A stretch of DNA of 32,000 nt from the NCBI GenBank assembly GCA_030429505.1, contig JAUIFI010000001.1, forward strand, positions 180,001 to 212,000, in the 5' to 3' direction. The notes under the pieces were generated by a model that saw only the letters and a list, made by a program, of their open reading frames with translations, was not told the DNA's origin and made no database searches. Below, in pieces: positions 22,463-31,574 of the stretch (its first letter is position 1; each line of letters opens with the position of its first letter). The translations under genes were made by a program, and so were the position numbers. This stretch comes from Candidatus Saccharimonadota bacterium (lineage in GTDB: Bacteria > Patescibacteriota > Gracilibacteria > UBA4473).

Positions 22463-24444
22463 GAGTGTTTGAGAGCTTGATATTTTTCCGAATACCGAAG
22501 TACAGTGTCTACAAAAGTCGAATGACTCCATGTCAAAGGAGCAACAGACAATGGTTTATTGTTAAAAGGGTTAATCTGTTCAGGGAGAAGACCTGCCGTA
22601 CTTGCTTTCGAAGCGACCCATTCAATGATCTCACGAGCTTCTTGTAAATCCTCCGTCTTTCGAGCCAAAGCAATCTTCCAGTTCGCCACCCATAGTGTCG
22701 TAATAATCCAGGGGTTTCCGGGAACTTCTGCTGAATACTGATGATTCCAGTCACGTTGGTAAAAATCACCGGAGTATCGAGCAATTCCTCCTACTTCCGT
22801 TTGTACACGAAGTTCTTTTTGGATGGTTTCCATGGTTGATATGATTTTTGGATCATCTGCTGGCAAAAGTCCCATATCCCATACAAAAGCCAGACTTGCA
22901 TCAACTGTCGGGTCTTCTGCGACAATCACTCCATCACGAAGTTCAACCTTTTTTAAAAATCGATTATGTTCTTCTGAATACAGATGATTCAGGAGGGCAC
23001 TCTTCATTTTTCGAGCGGCTTCACGAAATATTTTTTCATCATGATAATGCCCCGTCCATTTCGATAAGTTCGCTGCCGCTTCCAAACCAGCATAAGTACA
23101 AGCTCCAGTATAAGAAAAAACACCTCTTTGTTCTTCCCATAAATCATACGTAGGCAAAGGCAATCCAGTCTTCTCATCTACAAAATGAACCAAAAATCGA
23201 CCAATCTTAAGAACAGTAGAATTAAAAAGCTTTTGCACTACCTCTAACGTTTCAGAATACCTGTAATACTCCTGAAGTGCCACCAAAATCAAAGCAGATT
23301 CGTCTTCCTGAATAGGAAGCTGCTTTTTCCCATGCTTCCATTTAGGATGCCAGGATGAACCGAGGGAACCTCCGGGAGTATATTTATGCAACAAATAGCC
23401 ATCTTCTGTAATTAATTTATCGCAAAAAAGGAGGAAATTACGGACGATCTCAAAATATTTGGTGCGAGAAAGCGCTGTAGCCACAAATGCCCCATCTCGA
23501 GGCCACATATACGTGTAGGTATCTCGGTTGAATTTCATAATATCAGAATCAGTAGACGCAATAATTGCTCCACGATTATCAATCTGACTACGAATAATAA
23601 GAAGACTTCGATAGAAAAGTTCTTCTGCATTTTCTGACACTCCTATACAGATCGCATGACCTTTTCGAGACCATTCTTTCCAATAATCAGATGTATGTTC
23701 ATATATACGTTCCGCACCGAGTTCCTCTACACGGTTATCGTTGATCAAAACATCCTTGTAATTCTTTCCAACAGCTACCCATAAAAAAAGCACTTTCTGT
23801 TCATAACCTGAAAAATCAGCTTCAAATCCTACTGTCGAATCAACTGATCCTTGCTCAATAGGATTTCCACCCAAGATCCCATCATCAGAAGCATCATAAT
23901 ACGTACCCTGTTTGTCTCCAAAATGAGACTTTCCCGTTGCAAACTGAGCCATACCTTTTCCGGAATCCTCCCATTGACCATCAATCAAAAAATATCTCTT
24001 TTTTCGATAATGAAGAACCGCATTCAGATCCGGTTCGTATTGGGCCGTATCTTGAATTTTATCTCCATAGAGAAAGAAGTCATGAGAAAAAAAGATTTTT
24101 ATCAGACGTTTTTCTTCTCTTAGATTTTCAATAGTTACCTTTCGAAATAAAATATCATGAGTCGTATACACAAAATCTTCAAAACGAAGTTTGATCCCCA
24201 GACGCTCATGCCTTGCCGTAGAATTGCCCACTAAAGTATCCTTGTGATATCGAATATCAAACTTCCATTCTCCACTATCCAGCCACGCAAACTGTCCATC
24301 TACCCAGACTCCTACCCGATGTACATGACCAAACATCGTATGATTTTCATCCCCTACATACGGATAATAAAAATCCCGCATCTGCAGATGCTCATCAAAA
24401 TTTGCCAGAAGATTCCCGTTACTGATGACTAAAGATTGAGGCAT
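22459..24444 (-). CDS. glycoside hydrolase family 15 (glucoamylase/glucodextranase-like)
   Basis: N-terminal beta-domain start is MPQSLVISNGNLLANFD. Catalytic-domain motifs are YMWPRDGAF and DLWEEQRGVFSYT. Confidence 0.88.
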   Translation of the reverse strand: MPQSLVISNGNLLANFDEHLQMRDFYYPYVGDENHTMFGHVHRVGVWVDGQFAWLDSGEWKFDIRYHKDTLVGNSTARHERLGIKLRFEDFVYTTHDILFRKVTIENLREEKRLIKIFFSHDFFLYGDKIQDTAQYEPDLNAVLHYRKKRYFLIDGQWEDSGKGMAQFATGKSHFGDKQGTYYDASDDGILGGNPIEQGSVDSTVGFEADFSGYEQKVLFLWVAVGKNYKDVLINDNRVEELGAERIYEHTSDYWKEWSRKGHAICIGVSENAEELFYRSLLIIRSQIDNRGAIIASTDSDIMKFNRDTYTYMWPRDGAFVATALSRTKYFEIVRNFLLFCDKLITEDGYLLHKYTPGGSLGSSWHPKWKHGKKQLPIQEDESALILVALQEYYRYSETLEVVQKLFNSTVLKIGRFLVHFVDEKTGLPLPTYDLWEEQRGVFSYTGACTYAGLEAAANLSKWTGHYHDEKIFREAARKMKSALLNHLYSEEHNRFLKKVELRDGVIVAEDPTVDASLAFVWDMGLLPADDPKIISTMETIQKELRVQTEVGGIARYSGDFYQRDWNHQYSAEVPGNPWIITTLWVANWKIALARKTEDLQEAREIIEWVASKASTAGLLPEQINPFNNKPLSVAPLTWSHSTFVDTVLRYSEKYQALKHS

Positions 24445-24477
24445 GAAATAAACTTAATCTCATTGTACAGTTTTTTT

Positions 24478-25770
24478 CTATCCCTCCAACTGCTCCACTC
24501 GCTTCTTCAAACGCTCTAGGATATTCATGTAGTGCATAAATGCTTCATACGGGCTTTCATAAGGAGAAAAATACGCATGGACATCACCATCTGCCCAATA
24601 TTTCGTACACATATAATATAAATGATCCGACGTCTGAAGCTTTCGAAAATCATCCCACATTTTTTGATGTTCAGGATGTTTACTTTTTCGGTACGGATGA
24701 AGTACTTGTTCGATACTATGAATCTCATCAAAAGCCGATTTTTGTAAATCATTCTCTAGCCATGCTGAAATATCCCTATGTTCATCCGCCCAAGATAAAT
24801 ACTGAGGAGATGAAAACACACCTTTAGTCTCAAAATCACGAATAGTGTTTGATGGCGTTCGAAAAGTAATCCCTCGTTCAAAACAGTGTGTGGGTAAATG
24901 ACGAAAAAATTCAAAAATTCCCGTATCTTCCCATTGATGTTCTCCAAAAGTCTCAAAATCCATAAATAAATTGACAGTATCTCCCTGCGCTACTTCGATC
25001 CAATGAGCATAACGATCAGCCGTGAGCGGATACTCAGCCCAATTCTTATCTCCAAATCGGAATGCCATGTCGTCGGCCAATTGGTGATTCTTTGTCAAAA
25101 CCGTTAAATATTTCTCCGGTTTTTTCCGGAATCCCAACCAATTTTTCGGAGTATATTGTTTGGCAATATTTTTATCAGACTGAGGAAGATCTATGGTATG
25201 AGCTTTCCGTAAAATATTTGCATTGCCATCTGGCAAGACCGTATGCCACCCTTCCGCCAAAATACCTTTAAACCCTAAAAGCCTCACAAATTCCGCTAAT
25301 TCATCAGAAAAAATAAGCTCAGTATTACGAAACACCTTGGGCGTCACTTCAAATAACCGCTCTACCGTGTGTTTATGAAATTCGACTTGCTCAGCAAACT
25401 CTAGTTTAGAATGTAAAAAAGCCAAAGAGTGATAATACGTCTCTGACAACACCTCCACACGCCCCGTTTCTACCAACCGTTGAAAATGTCGCAACACATT
25501 TGCTCCCGTCTCTCCATAGCGCTCACACTGCTCCAAAAAAACTCCAGAAAAAGAAAACGATATCTGAAACTCAGGATGCTTTTCCAAAAGTTCCAAAAGT
25601 AAGCTTGTCATAGGGAGATAACACTTTTGAGCCACTTTAATAAACACATCCTCATTCCGATATTTTTCTGGACCATCAAAATACTCTGGACACTCATCCG
25701 TCAAAAAAGACCCTTTCGATACTCGAAACGGCTGGTGTACCTGAAAGTAGAAACAAACAGACTGAGCCAT
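24478..25770 (-). CDS. glycoside hydrolase family 57 (alpha-amylase / alpha-glucan-active enzyme)
   Basis: N-terminal CFYFQVHQPFR (the GH57 HQP region) and MDFETFGEHQWE. Length is 430 aa. Confidence 0.88.
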   Translation of the reverse strand: MAQSVCFYFQVHQPFRVSKGSFLTDECPEYFDGPEKYRNEDVFIKVAQKCYLPMTSLLLELLEKHPEFQISFSFSGVFLEQCERYGETGANVLRHFQRLVETGRVEVLSETYYHSLAFLHSKLEFAEQVEFHKHTVERLFEVTPKVFRNTELIFSDELAEFVRLLGFKGILAEGWHTVLPDGNANILRKAHTIDLPQSDKNIAKQYTPKNWLGFRKKPEKYLTVLTKNHQLADDMAFRFGDKNWAEYPLTADRYAHWIEVAQGDTVNLFMDFETFGEHQWEDTGIFEFFRHLPTHCFERGITFRTPSNTIRDFETKGVFSSPQYLSWADEHRDISAWLENDLQKSAFDEIHSIEQVLHPYRKSKHPEHQKMWDDFRKLQTSDHLYYMCTKYWADGDVHAYFSPYESPYEAFMHYMNILERLKKRVEQLEG

Positions 25771-25856
25771 GAAAAATACCTCTTAAAACCCACCTAAATT
25801 ATAAAAAAAATTGACGCTAAAGAAATCAATTCTGCCTTGCACAAACCTGAAAAAGG

Positions 25857-27116
25857 TTAGCAACAAGCCAGTTCTTCGTAGATCTCATGAACTTTTCCCG
25901 CCTGATCGTGCCAATTGAGACCTCGAGTTTCGCGATGTGCTTTTTGTGCCAATACTTTTTGTAAGACTGGATGCTTAGAAACAGCCATTACATATTCTGC
26001 CATTTGTTTTGTGTCCCAAAAATCAACCTTGAGCGAGTTGCTGACGACTTCCTTAGCGCCGGCATTATGACTAACGACTACAGGCACACCATGTTCCACC
26101 GCTTCTAAGACCGTCAAACCAAAGGGTTCAGAGACAGATGGCACAATACAAAGATCCATCTGTTCCCAAATCTTCTTTTTAGCTTCACCATCGACAAAAC
26201 CGAGACAAAAAACATTATTCTGCAACCTTTCTTTTGCAATTTCATGCGTGATACGAGGGAGCATATCTCCATTTCCTACGATAAAAAATTTTACATTCTT
26301 GTCCTTCGCCACGACTTTCTTTGCTACATCCAGAAAATAATCTGGACCTTTCTGAATCGTCACACGACCAATAAAGAGCACATAGGTTTCACCTTTTCGT
26401 TTATGAGGAAAATCTCTCGTTAAAGTCTGATGATGCTGTGAAGTATGCAGATGAGCATTATGTACGACTCGAATTTTTTCAGGATCAGTACCATAATGAT
26501 CGACGAGAATATTTTTGGTATATTCACTTACCGTAATCACCCTATCAGCTTTCTCAAAAGCATATTTTTCTCGATGAAATGTTTCAGGATTAGGATTCCC
26601 CCCGGTTCGATCGATTTCCGTCGCATGGACATGAGTAATCAAAGGAATATCAAAACAATGTTTCAATCGTACCCCTGCTTCAAACGTAATCCAATCATGT
26701 GCATGAATCGCATCAAACTTTTGACCTCGTACCATCTTTTCCATCTGTCGAGCGAATCGATCAATTTCTTGCCACAAATTTTTTCCATACACTTCATTCG
26801 AAAAAGAAAAAAAGTTTTCTTGAGGCACAGAAAAAGACTCCCATTCGGTATTATATTCCTTTTCGTTTGTATATGGAGAGGGGAGACTCGTAGGAATATA
26901 TTTGATGGCAATTTTTTGAATCTCCTCCGGAAAATCAAGAAGAGAAAAATCTTTTGGGATTTCATGCTCAGGAAGTTTTCTGCGAACAAAGTAGGGGAGA
27001 GCAAATGTTAGATCCAATCCTTTTTTTCCTAATGCTGTAGCTAGTTTTTTGCACACCACTCCTAATCCTCCGGAGTAAATCGGTGGAAATTCCCAACCCA
27101 GCATTAAAATTTTCAT
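25857..27116 (-). CDS. GT-B glycosyltransferase, glycogen(starch)-synthase-like (GT4/GT5)
   Basis: N-terminal MKILMLGWEFPPIYSGGLGVV (K/S-GGL motif) and the C-terminal E-x7-E motif SEPFGLTVLEA. Confidence 0.85.
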   Translation of the reverse strand: MKILMLGWEFPPIYSGGLGVVCKKLATALGKKGLDLTFALPYFVRRKLPEHEIPKDFSLLDFPEEIQKIAIKYIPTSLPSPYTNEKEYNTEWESFSVPQENFFSFSNEVYGKNLWQEIDRFARQMEKMVRGQKFDAIHAHDWITFEAGVRLKHCFDIPLITHVHATEIDRTGGNPNPETFHREKYAFEKADRVITVSEYTKNILVDHYGTDPEKIRVVHNAHLHTSQHHQTLTRDFPHKRKGETYVLFIGRVTIQKGPDYFLDVAKKVVAKDKNVKFFIVGNGDMLPRITHEIAKERLQNNVFCLGFVDGEAKKKIWEQMDLCIVPSVSEPFGLTVLEAVEHGVPVVVSHNAGAKEVVSNSLKVDFWDTKQMAEYVMAVSKHPVLQKVLAQKAHRETRGLNWHDQAGKVHEIYEELACC

Positions 27117-27138
27117 AAGATCTCAACAAATTCGAAAC

Positions 27139-27147
27139 ATTGTACCA
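27139..27147 (-). promoter_or_regulatory. extended -10 promoter element for the glucan operon
   Basis: On the minus strand: TGGTACAAT (27147->27139), which is TGn plus TACAAT. It lies 22 nt upstream of ATG 27116. Confidence 0.4.
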
Positions 27148-27252
27148 CAAAAAAGAGACTTTTACTAGACCTAAGAATGCGTTTTTTCATCTTTTCTTCA
27201 GAAAAGAAAAAAGTGCAGAAACAAAAAAATGTGTTATAAAAAAATCACAAAA

Positions 27253-27786
27253 ATGCCAGACGAACTTGTCGATGTCGTAAATGAAAAAGATGAGGTCATT
27301 GGGGAAGCGATGCGAAACCAATGTCACCGTGAAGGTCTATGGCATCGGACAGTGGCAGTACTTGTTGTAAATTTGGCGGGAGATATGCTTCTTCAAAAAA
27401 GAGGTCCTCGCATGTACCATCCCAACCGTTTTTGTGAATCAGGATCAGGACATTTACCAAAAGGAGAGTCGTATTACGATGGAGCTCTACGAGAACTCAA
27501 AGAAGAAGTTGGCATTATTCCCGATAAACTCACCTTAATCGGAAAATTTCAAACCGATGAACCAAAGGTCAAAGAGCATAATCGAGAACACTACGAACTC
27601 TATACGTGCACCTATGACGGTGAAATATCACCCAGACCAGGGGAAGTCACCACTGCCAAATTTGTACCCATCGCTGTCATTAAGGCTCTGATCGAAGATC
27701 AACCCTACCGATTTACCCCAGGTTTCCGAATTCGGTTCGGGCAATATATAGAATGGAAAAATAACTCTTTAGAAAATGAAGAATAA
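27253..27786 (+). CDS. Nudix hydrolase (IDI-like subgroup by N-terminal pattern)
   Basis: Nudix box GHLPKGESYYDGALRELKEEVGI (G-x5-E-x7-REUxEExGU). The alternative start is at 27229. Confidence 0.85.
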   Translation: MPDELVDVVNEKDEVIGEAMRNQCHREGLWHRTVAVLVVNLAGDMLLQKRGPRMYHPNRFCESGSGHLPKGESYYDGALRELKEEVGIIPDKLTLIGKFQTDEPKVKEHNREHYELYTCTYDGEISPRPGEVTTAKFVPIAVIKALIEDQPYRFTPGFRIRFGQYIEWKNNSLENEE

Positions 27787-27790
27787 ACAT

Positions 27791-28243
27791 ATGCAACAGG
27801 CGATTGATATATCTCTCCAAAAGATGGAAGAAAATTGTGGAGGACCGTTTGGTGCCGTTATTATAAAAGACGGGGAAATTATCGCTCGTGGGTGGAATCA
27901 AGTAACTTCCACAAATGATCCTACTGCACATGCAGAAATGGTAGCAATTCGTACAGCCTGTAAGCATCTTCATTCTTTCCAGCTAGAAGGTTGTGAGATA
28001 TATACCAGTTGTTATCCCTGTCCGATGTGCCTAGGAGCAATTTATTGGGCGAGACCTGATAAAGTATACTATGCAAATACAGCAAAAGATGCCGCTCACA
28101 TTGGGTTTGACGATGCTTTTATCTATGAGGAAATAAAGCGTCCTCCAGCGCAAAGAAAAATTCCTTTTCAGCAAATTATGAGAGAAGAAGCATTCAGAGT
28201 ATTTAAAGCGTGGCAAGAGAAAGAAGATAAGTTGGAATATTAA
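27791..28243 (+). CDS. guaD: guanine deaminase (CDA-fold, GuaD type)
   Basis: Zinc motifs are HAEMVAIR and PCPMCLGAIYWA. It is near-collinear with B. subtilis GuaD as I recall it (GGPFGAVI.KDG.II..G.N.VT..NDPTAHAE...YTSC.PCPMCLGAIYWARP). The alternative start is at 27776. Confidence 0.82.
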   Translation: MQQAIDISLQKMEENCGGPFGAVIIKDGEIIARGWNQVTSTNDPTAHAEMVAIRTACKHLHSFQLEGCEIYTSCYPCPMCLGAIYWARPDKVYYANTAKDAAHIGFDDAFIYEEIKRPPAQRKIPFQQIMREEAFRVFKAWQEKEDKLEY

Positions 28244-28264
28244 AAAAACCATCATTACAGTTCC

Positions 28265-28894
28265 TTATATTTCTTTCCGAAAAGCCTTATTTTTCGGCTT
28301 CGGATGAAATCGTAGTTCTGTGTCACTCGTCACAATTTTCGCTCCTGGCAGTGAAAAATCAGGATTCGATTGTATCTTTCGTATTTGAATCCACCGAAGA
28401 AATACCTCGATCCATCGTTTCCACCATATTAATTTTCTATTTTCAAGAATGTGACTTTGCTTCATTGTGATTGGTGGAAACGACTCCCCAAAACGTTGTA
28501 CCCAACTTTGATTTACCTGTACAAATTGAACAAAAAAATTGTTCGGGTCATAAAGGGGTTTGTTCTGAGAAAAGAGATGTGCGCTATACGCATCTTTTTC
28601 TTCAATCTCCAGATTATCAGAAGTTATAAAATGATTCGGACAAATCTTTCCGGCATGATCTTTCTCGGTTGAGATTTGCTTGTGTAATTTGAGTTTGAGA
28701 AAAACCAGAAATCGAGCTGTCCATATCTGCCCTGGTCTAGCAATGATAAAAAAATCAATATCAGACGATTTACTCGCTCTCCCTTGAGCTAGAGAACCGG
28801 ATAAAAAAATTGCCTCCACCGAAGAATACTTTCCCAATTTTTGCGACCAAACATTTGCTTTATCGAGTAATACATTCTCTGAAGGAATCCTCAT
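28265..28894 (-). CDS. nucleotidyltransferase-domain protein (Pol-beta superfamily)
   Basis: GSLAQGRASKSSDIDFF, i.e. the G-S...D-x-D minimal NTase motif. Length is 209 aa. Confidence 0.7.
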   Translation of the reverse strand: MRIPSENVLLDKANVWSQKLGKYSSVEAIFLSGSLAQGRASKSSDIDFFIIARPGQIWTARFLVFLKLKLHKQISTEKDHAGKICPNHFITSDNLEIEEKDAYSAHLFSQNKPLYDPNNFFVQFVQVNQSWVQRFGESFPPITMKQSHILENRKLIWWKRWIEVFLRWIQIRKIQSNPDFSLPGAKIVTSDTELRFHPKPKNKAFRKEI

Positions 28895-28915
28895 ATCTCC
28901 ATTATGCCATAGGTA

Positions 28916-29800
28916 TTACTGATGAGCGATGATATTTGGCTTGTTCAAAGGTAATAAAGTTACATCCCACAAACCACCATGAGCAAAAGACTGTCCATCT
29001 TTATGCAGTTGAAATTCTTCACCATTAAACACGACACTTTTGAGAAAATAATATTTCCGTCGCAATATCTTTGACTCTGTCATGCTTTTACGAAATTTTT
29101 CTCCATGAAGTCGATAAAAAACATAGCTTTCCGCAAAATCCTCAAATGCATTCGAAGCCGCATAACCAGATACAAAGTCTCTTGAAACAGTACCAGATTT
29201 CTTAGTCACTGAATCAATCCATGACAACTTATAGAATCCCAAACTTGGATCATCTTGTGATACAAAATTATTTCCATGTCGAAAAGCACTCTTTTCTTTG
29301 GAATTTCCATTGAGAGTTCCTAGGTCAAATATATGCCCCATTTCATGAACAAAAACAGCTTTCAATTCATCAGATGTATCAATAGACTGAGTATGTAAAA
29401 TCATTTTCTGATCATTTGCCATCCCACGGGAAACGTGCGTTTTGTTTCGTATTTCCAGATTTTTAAGTGATTTCGTATGACTCTTAGGTAAAAGTTGTAT
29501 TACTTCGCGCAAATTATTTTTTATACTTTGGAGGGCAATTCGATCTTTTGGACTATTTTCAAATCTCTGTGCGGAAAAATAGCCATTCCAGGGAACACTT
29601 TGAGTATTAGAAAGTGGTACTGACTTGTTGCGAATAGATTTGGATTGATTTACACGAGGAGAGACTCGCTTTAAACGGAGCCTTCTCACATACTGAGTCT
29701 GACGAGCACTGTGAAGAAAAGATGCATCATGATACACTTCCATTTCAAGACTATAAAAGGAAGAAAAGAAAGAAGCGGCTATTAAAAGGAAAAAGTTCAT
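28916..29800 (-). CDS. secreted putative zinc metallopeptidase
   Basis: N-terminal signal/anchor and an HEXXH motif (VFVHEMGHIFD). A downstream acidic residue lies in FEDFAESY. Confidence 0.7.
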   Translation of the reverse strand: MNFFLLIAASFFSSFYSLEMEVYHDASFLHSARQTQYVRRLRLKRVSPRVNQSKSIRNKSVPLSNTQSVPWNGYFSAQRFENSPKDRIALQSIKNNLREVIQLLPKSHTKSLKNLEIRNKTHVSRGMANDQKMILHTQSIDTSDELKAVFVHEMGHIFDLGTLNGNSKEKSAFRHGNNFVSQDDPSLGFYKLSWIDSVTKKSGTVSRDFVSGYAASNAFEDFAESYVFYRLHGEKFRKSMTESKILRRKYYFLKSVVFNGEEFQLHKDGQSFAHGGLWDVTLLPLNKPNIIAHQ

Positions 29801-29918
29801 AAAAAAAACAAAAGAATGTTTTGAATATCCTTTTTATCTGTGTTTTTGGTTTTGCAATACCCTTTTAAATGAAAATCAAAAAATGTCAAGAATTTTATAA
29901 AAAAATAAATAGAAAATA

Positions 29919-29946
29919 TTGACAAGTATGTCAGAAAAAGTATTAT
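29919..29946 (+). promoter_or_regulatory. sigma70-like promoter close to ATG 29957
   Basis: TTGACA (29919-29924), 16-nt spacer, TATTAT (29941-29946). It lies 10 nt from the ATG. Confidence 0.5.
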
Positions 29947-29956
29947 ACCCAAGAAC

Positions 29957-30457
29957 ATGAGTGATAATAGCTTTGAGCAACGCCTAAACACACAAGCCGA
30001 ACAAGAGTTTGGGAAGGATGTTATACCTCAGGCAAATGAAGCAGTAGAGCAGAAGACAGAGGCTGTGGTTCAGGCTGTTGAAGCCGTTGAAAAAAGTATT
30101 GCTGAGGATATTCCTGCTACATCGGGACAAACTCAAAAGATTGCAACAAAGCAAGGATTTTTGACTCAATTTTCACAAAATATTACCAACCTTTTATCCT
30201 CTAATAAAGCTCATACACAGAAAATTCCAGATAGAGCAACACAAGAAAAAAGAATCAAACACACCCTAGAGAAGGAACAAAGCAAGCTTATCAAGCAAAT
30301 GAAGAAACTAGAAAACAGCAGAAATTATTCAGCAAATAAACTAGAGACTCTTATTGCTCACATCAGACAACTCCAAAAAACGATAAAAGAACTTTTCTAT
30401 CTAGCTATAGAACAACTAGAAGGCTTGTATCGAAAAGTCGTTCTCAAACAAGGATGA
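29957..30457 (+). CDS. hypothetical coiled-coil protein
   Basis: 166-aa ORF rich in Q/E/K with a helical heptad-like C-terminal half. No domain recognised. Confidence 0.65.
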   Translation: MSDNSFEQRLNTQAEQEFGKDVIPQANEAVEQKTEAVVQAVEAVEKSIAEDIPATSGQTQKIATKQGFLTQFSQNITNLLSSNKAHTQKIPDRATQEKRIKHTLEKEQSKLIKQMKKLENSRNYSANKLETLIAHIRQLQKTIKELFYLAIEQLEGLYRKVVLKQG

Positions 30458-30600
30458 ATTCAAAGAGAACAAGAAGATAAAAAATAAATTTGACAAGAAA
30501 TTATTTTTTATTTAAAAGAGTAATTGAAAAAACAAAGAAAAACATAAAAGCCGATTCTCTCAAAGAATCATGGCTTTTCTATCTACATTATTATTTTTCA

Positions 30601-31560
30601 ATGCAAAAAATACTCGCCTGCATCTTCGGACTCATTTTTATCGGGTCATCCACCTACGTCTTCACTTCAGAAGCTCACAATAGATCATATGCCCAGTGGC
30701 ACAATGATCACAGAAAGTATCATCAGCGCCCAATTCGAGGTTTCTCTAATCGTGTTGCAGCTTTTAAATATAGACAGCCTAGCCTTCATCGATTGAAATA
30801 TCATAATTTAGATTACTCACATCCCTCCAGAAGACATGATGCATTTTCACATGATTCATACCGAACACGAACTATCAACTATCGAGTACTCAAAGAATTG
30901 AACAGACTTCGTAATCCCCAATTCTATCCACGAAATGAAAATAGATTCCATACCGGACGAATTGTTGTTCGAAATGGTGATTATCGAGAAGCTTCTATTT
31001 TCCCATTCAGAACACTTGAAGTATATGATCGTGCAAATATTGGAATACGAAATCGAACACAAAATAGAATTGTCGGACATACTCCACCAATAAGAAAAGA
31101 GTATAAATATGACGTGCGAAGACACCTTTACACCGTACCATACGGATTCTATAAGACAAATGATGGTACGTACCGGAGTAAAAGTTCATCCTTGGCATTT
31201 CGAATTGTTCAAACTCCAACTCGCTACAGTTGTGTACAAACAAGCTTTGAAGCCTGCGCTATTGACCTCTCTAAAGAATTTCAAGACAGCCAGAATCTAG
31301 TGTACACCTCTCGAGTTGACAGAAAGATTCGATCAAATCAAACAGTACAAGGTTCGTTCCTCAGAGTTCCAACTGTTACCGAAAGTTTTCACGCGACTGG
31401 TTTTGGAAAAAATAATGCTTATTTCATCCTCAATGCTTTTAATCCAGAAAATGGATCTGTGATTCGTATTGAAGCTGTAGCTAATCACAAAGAAACACGC
31501 CAAGCAGCTCAAATTATGTATAAAGTATTTGAAAGTTTTCGCTTTCAGCTCGCTTCCTAA
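30601..31560 (+). CDS. secreted hypothetical protein, Arg/His/Tyr-rich N-terminal region
   Basis: ATG 30601 gives the signal peptide MQKILACIFGLIFIGSSTYVFTSEA. The TTG start at 30490 in the ORF track adds an implausible extension. Confidence 0.7.
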   Translation: MQKILACIFGLIFIGSSTYVFTSEAHNRSYAQWHNDHRKYHQRPIRGFSNRVAAFKYRQPSLHRLKYHNLDYSHPSRRHDAFSHDSYRTRTINYRVLKELNRLRNPQFYPRNENRFHTGRIVVRNGDYREASIFPFRTLEVYDRANIGIRNRTQNRIVGHTPPIRKEYKYDVRRHLYTVPYGFYKTNDGTYRSKSSSLAFRIVQTPTRYSCVQTSFEACAIDLSKEFQDSQNLVYTSRVDRKIRSNQTVQGSFLRVPTVTESFHATGFGKNNAYFILNAFNPENGSVIRIEAVANHKETRQAAQIMYKVFESFRFQLAS

Positions 31561-31574
31561 GTTTGTAAAATTTC

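Noticed and set aside
26445-27011. 188-aa plus-strand ORF, along with other long antisense ORFs in the track (e.g. 13733-14032, 22848-23153, 24540-24827, 18202-18489, 8755-9117).
   Set aside because: All lie fully inside, and antisense to, genes with strong domain evidence. Their products are low-complexity with no motifs. These are shadow ORFs.
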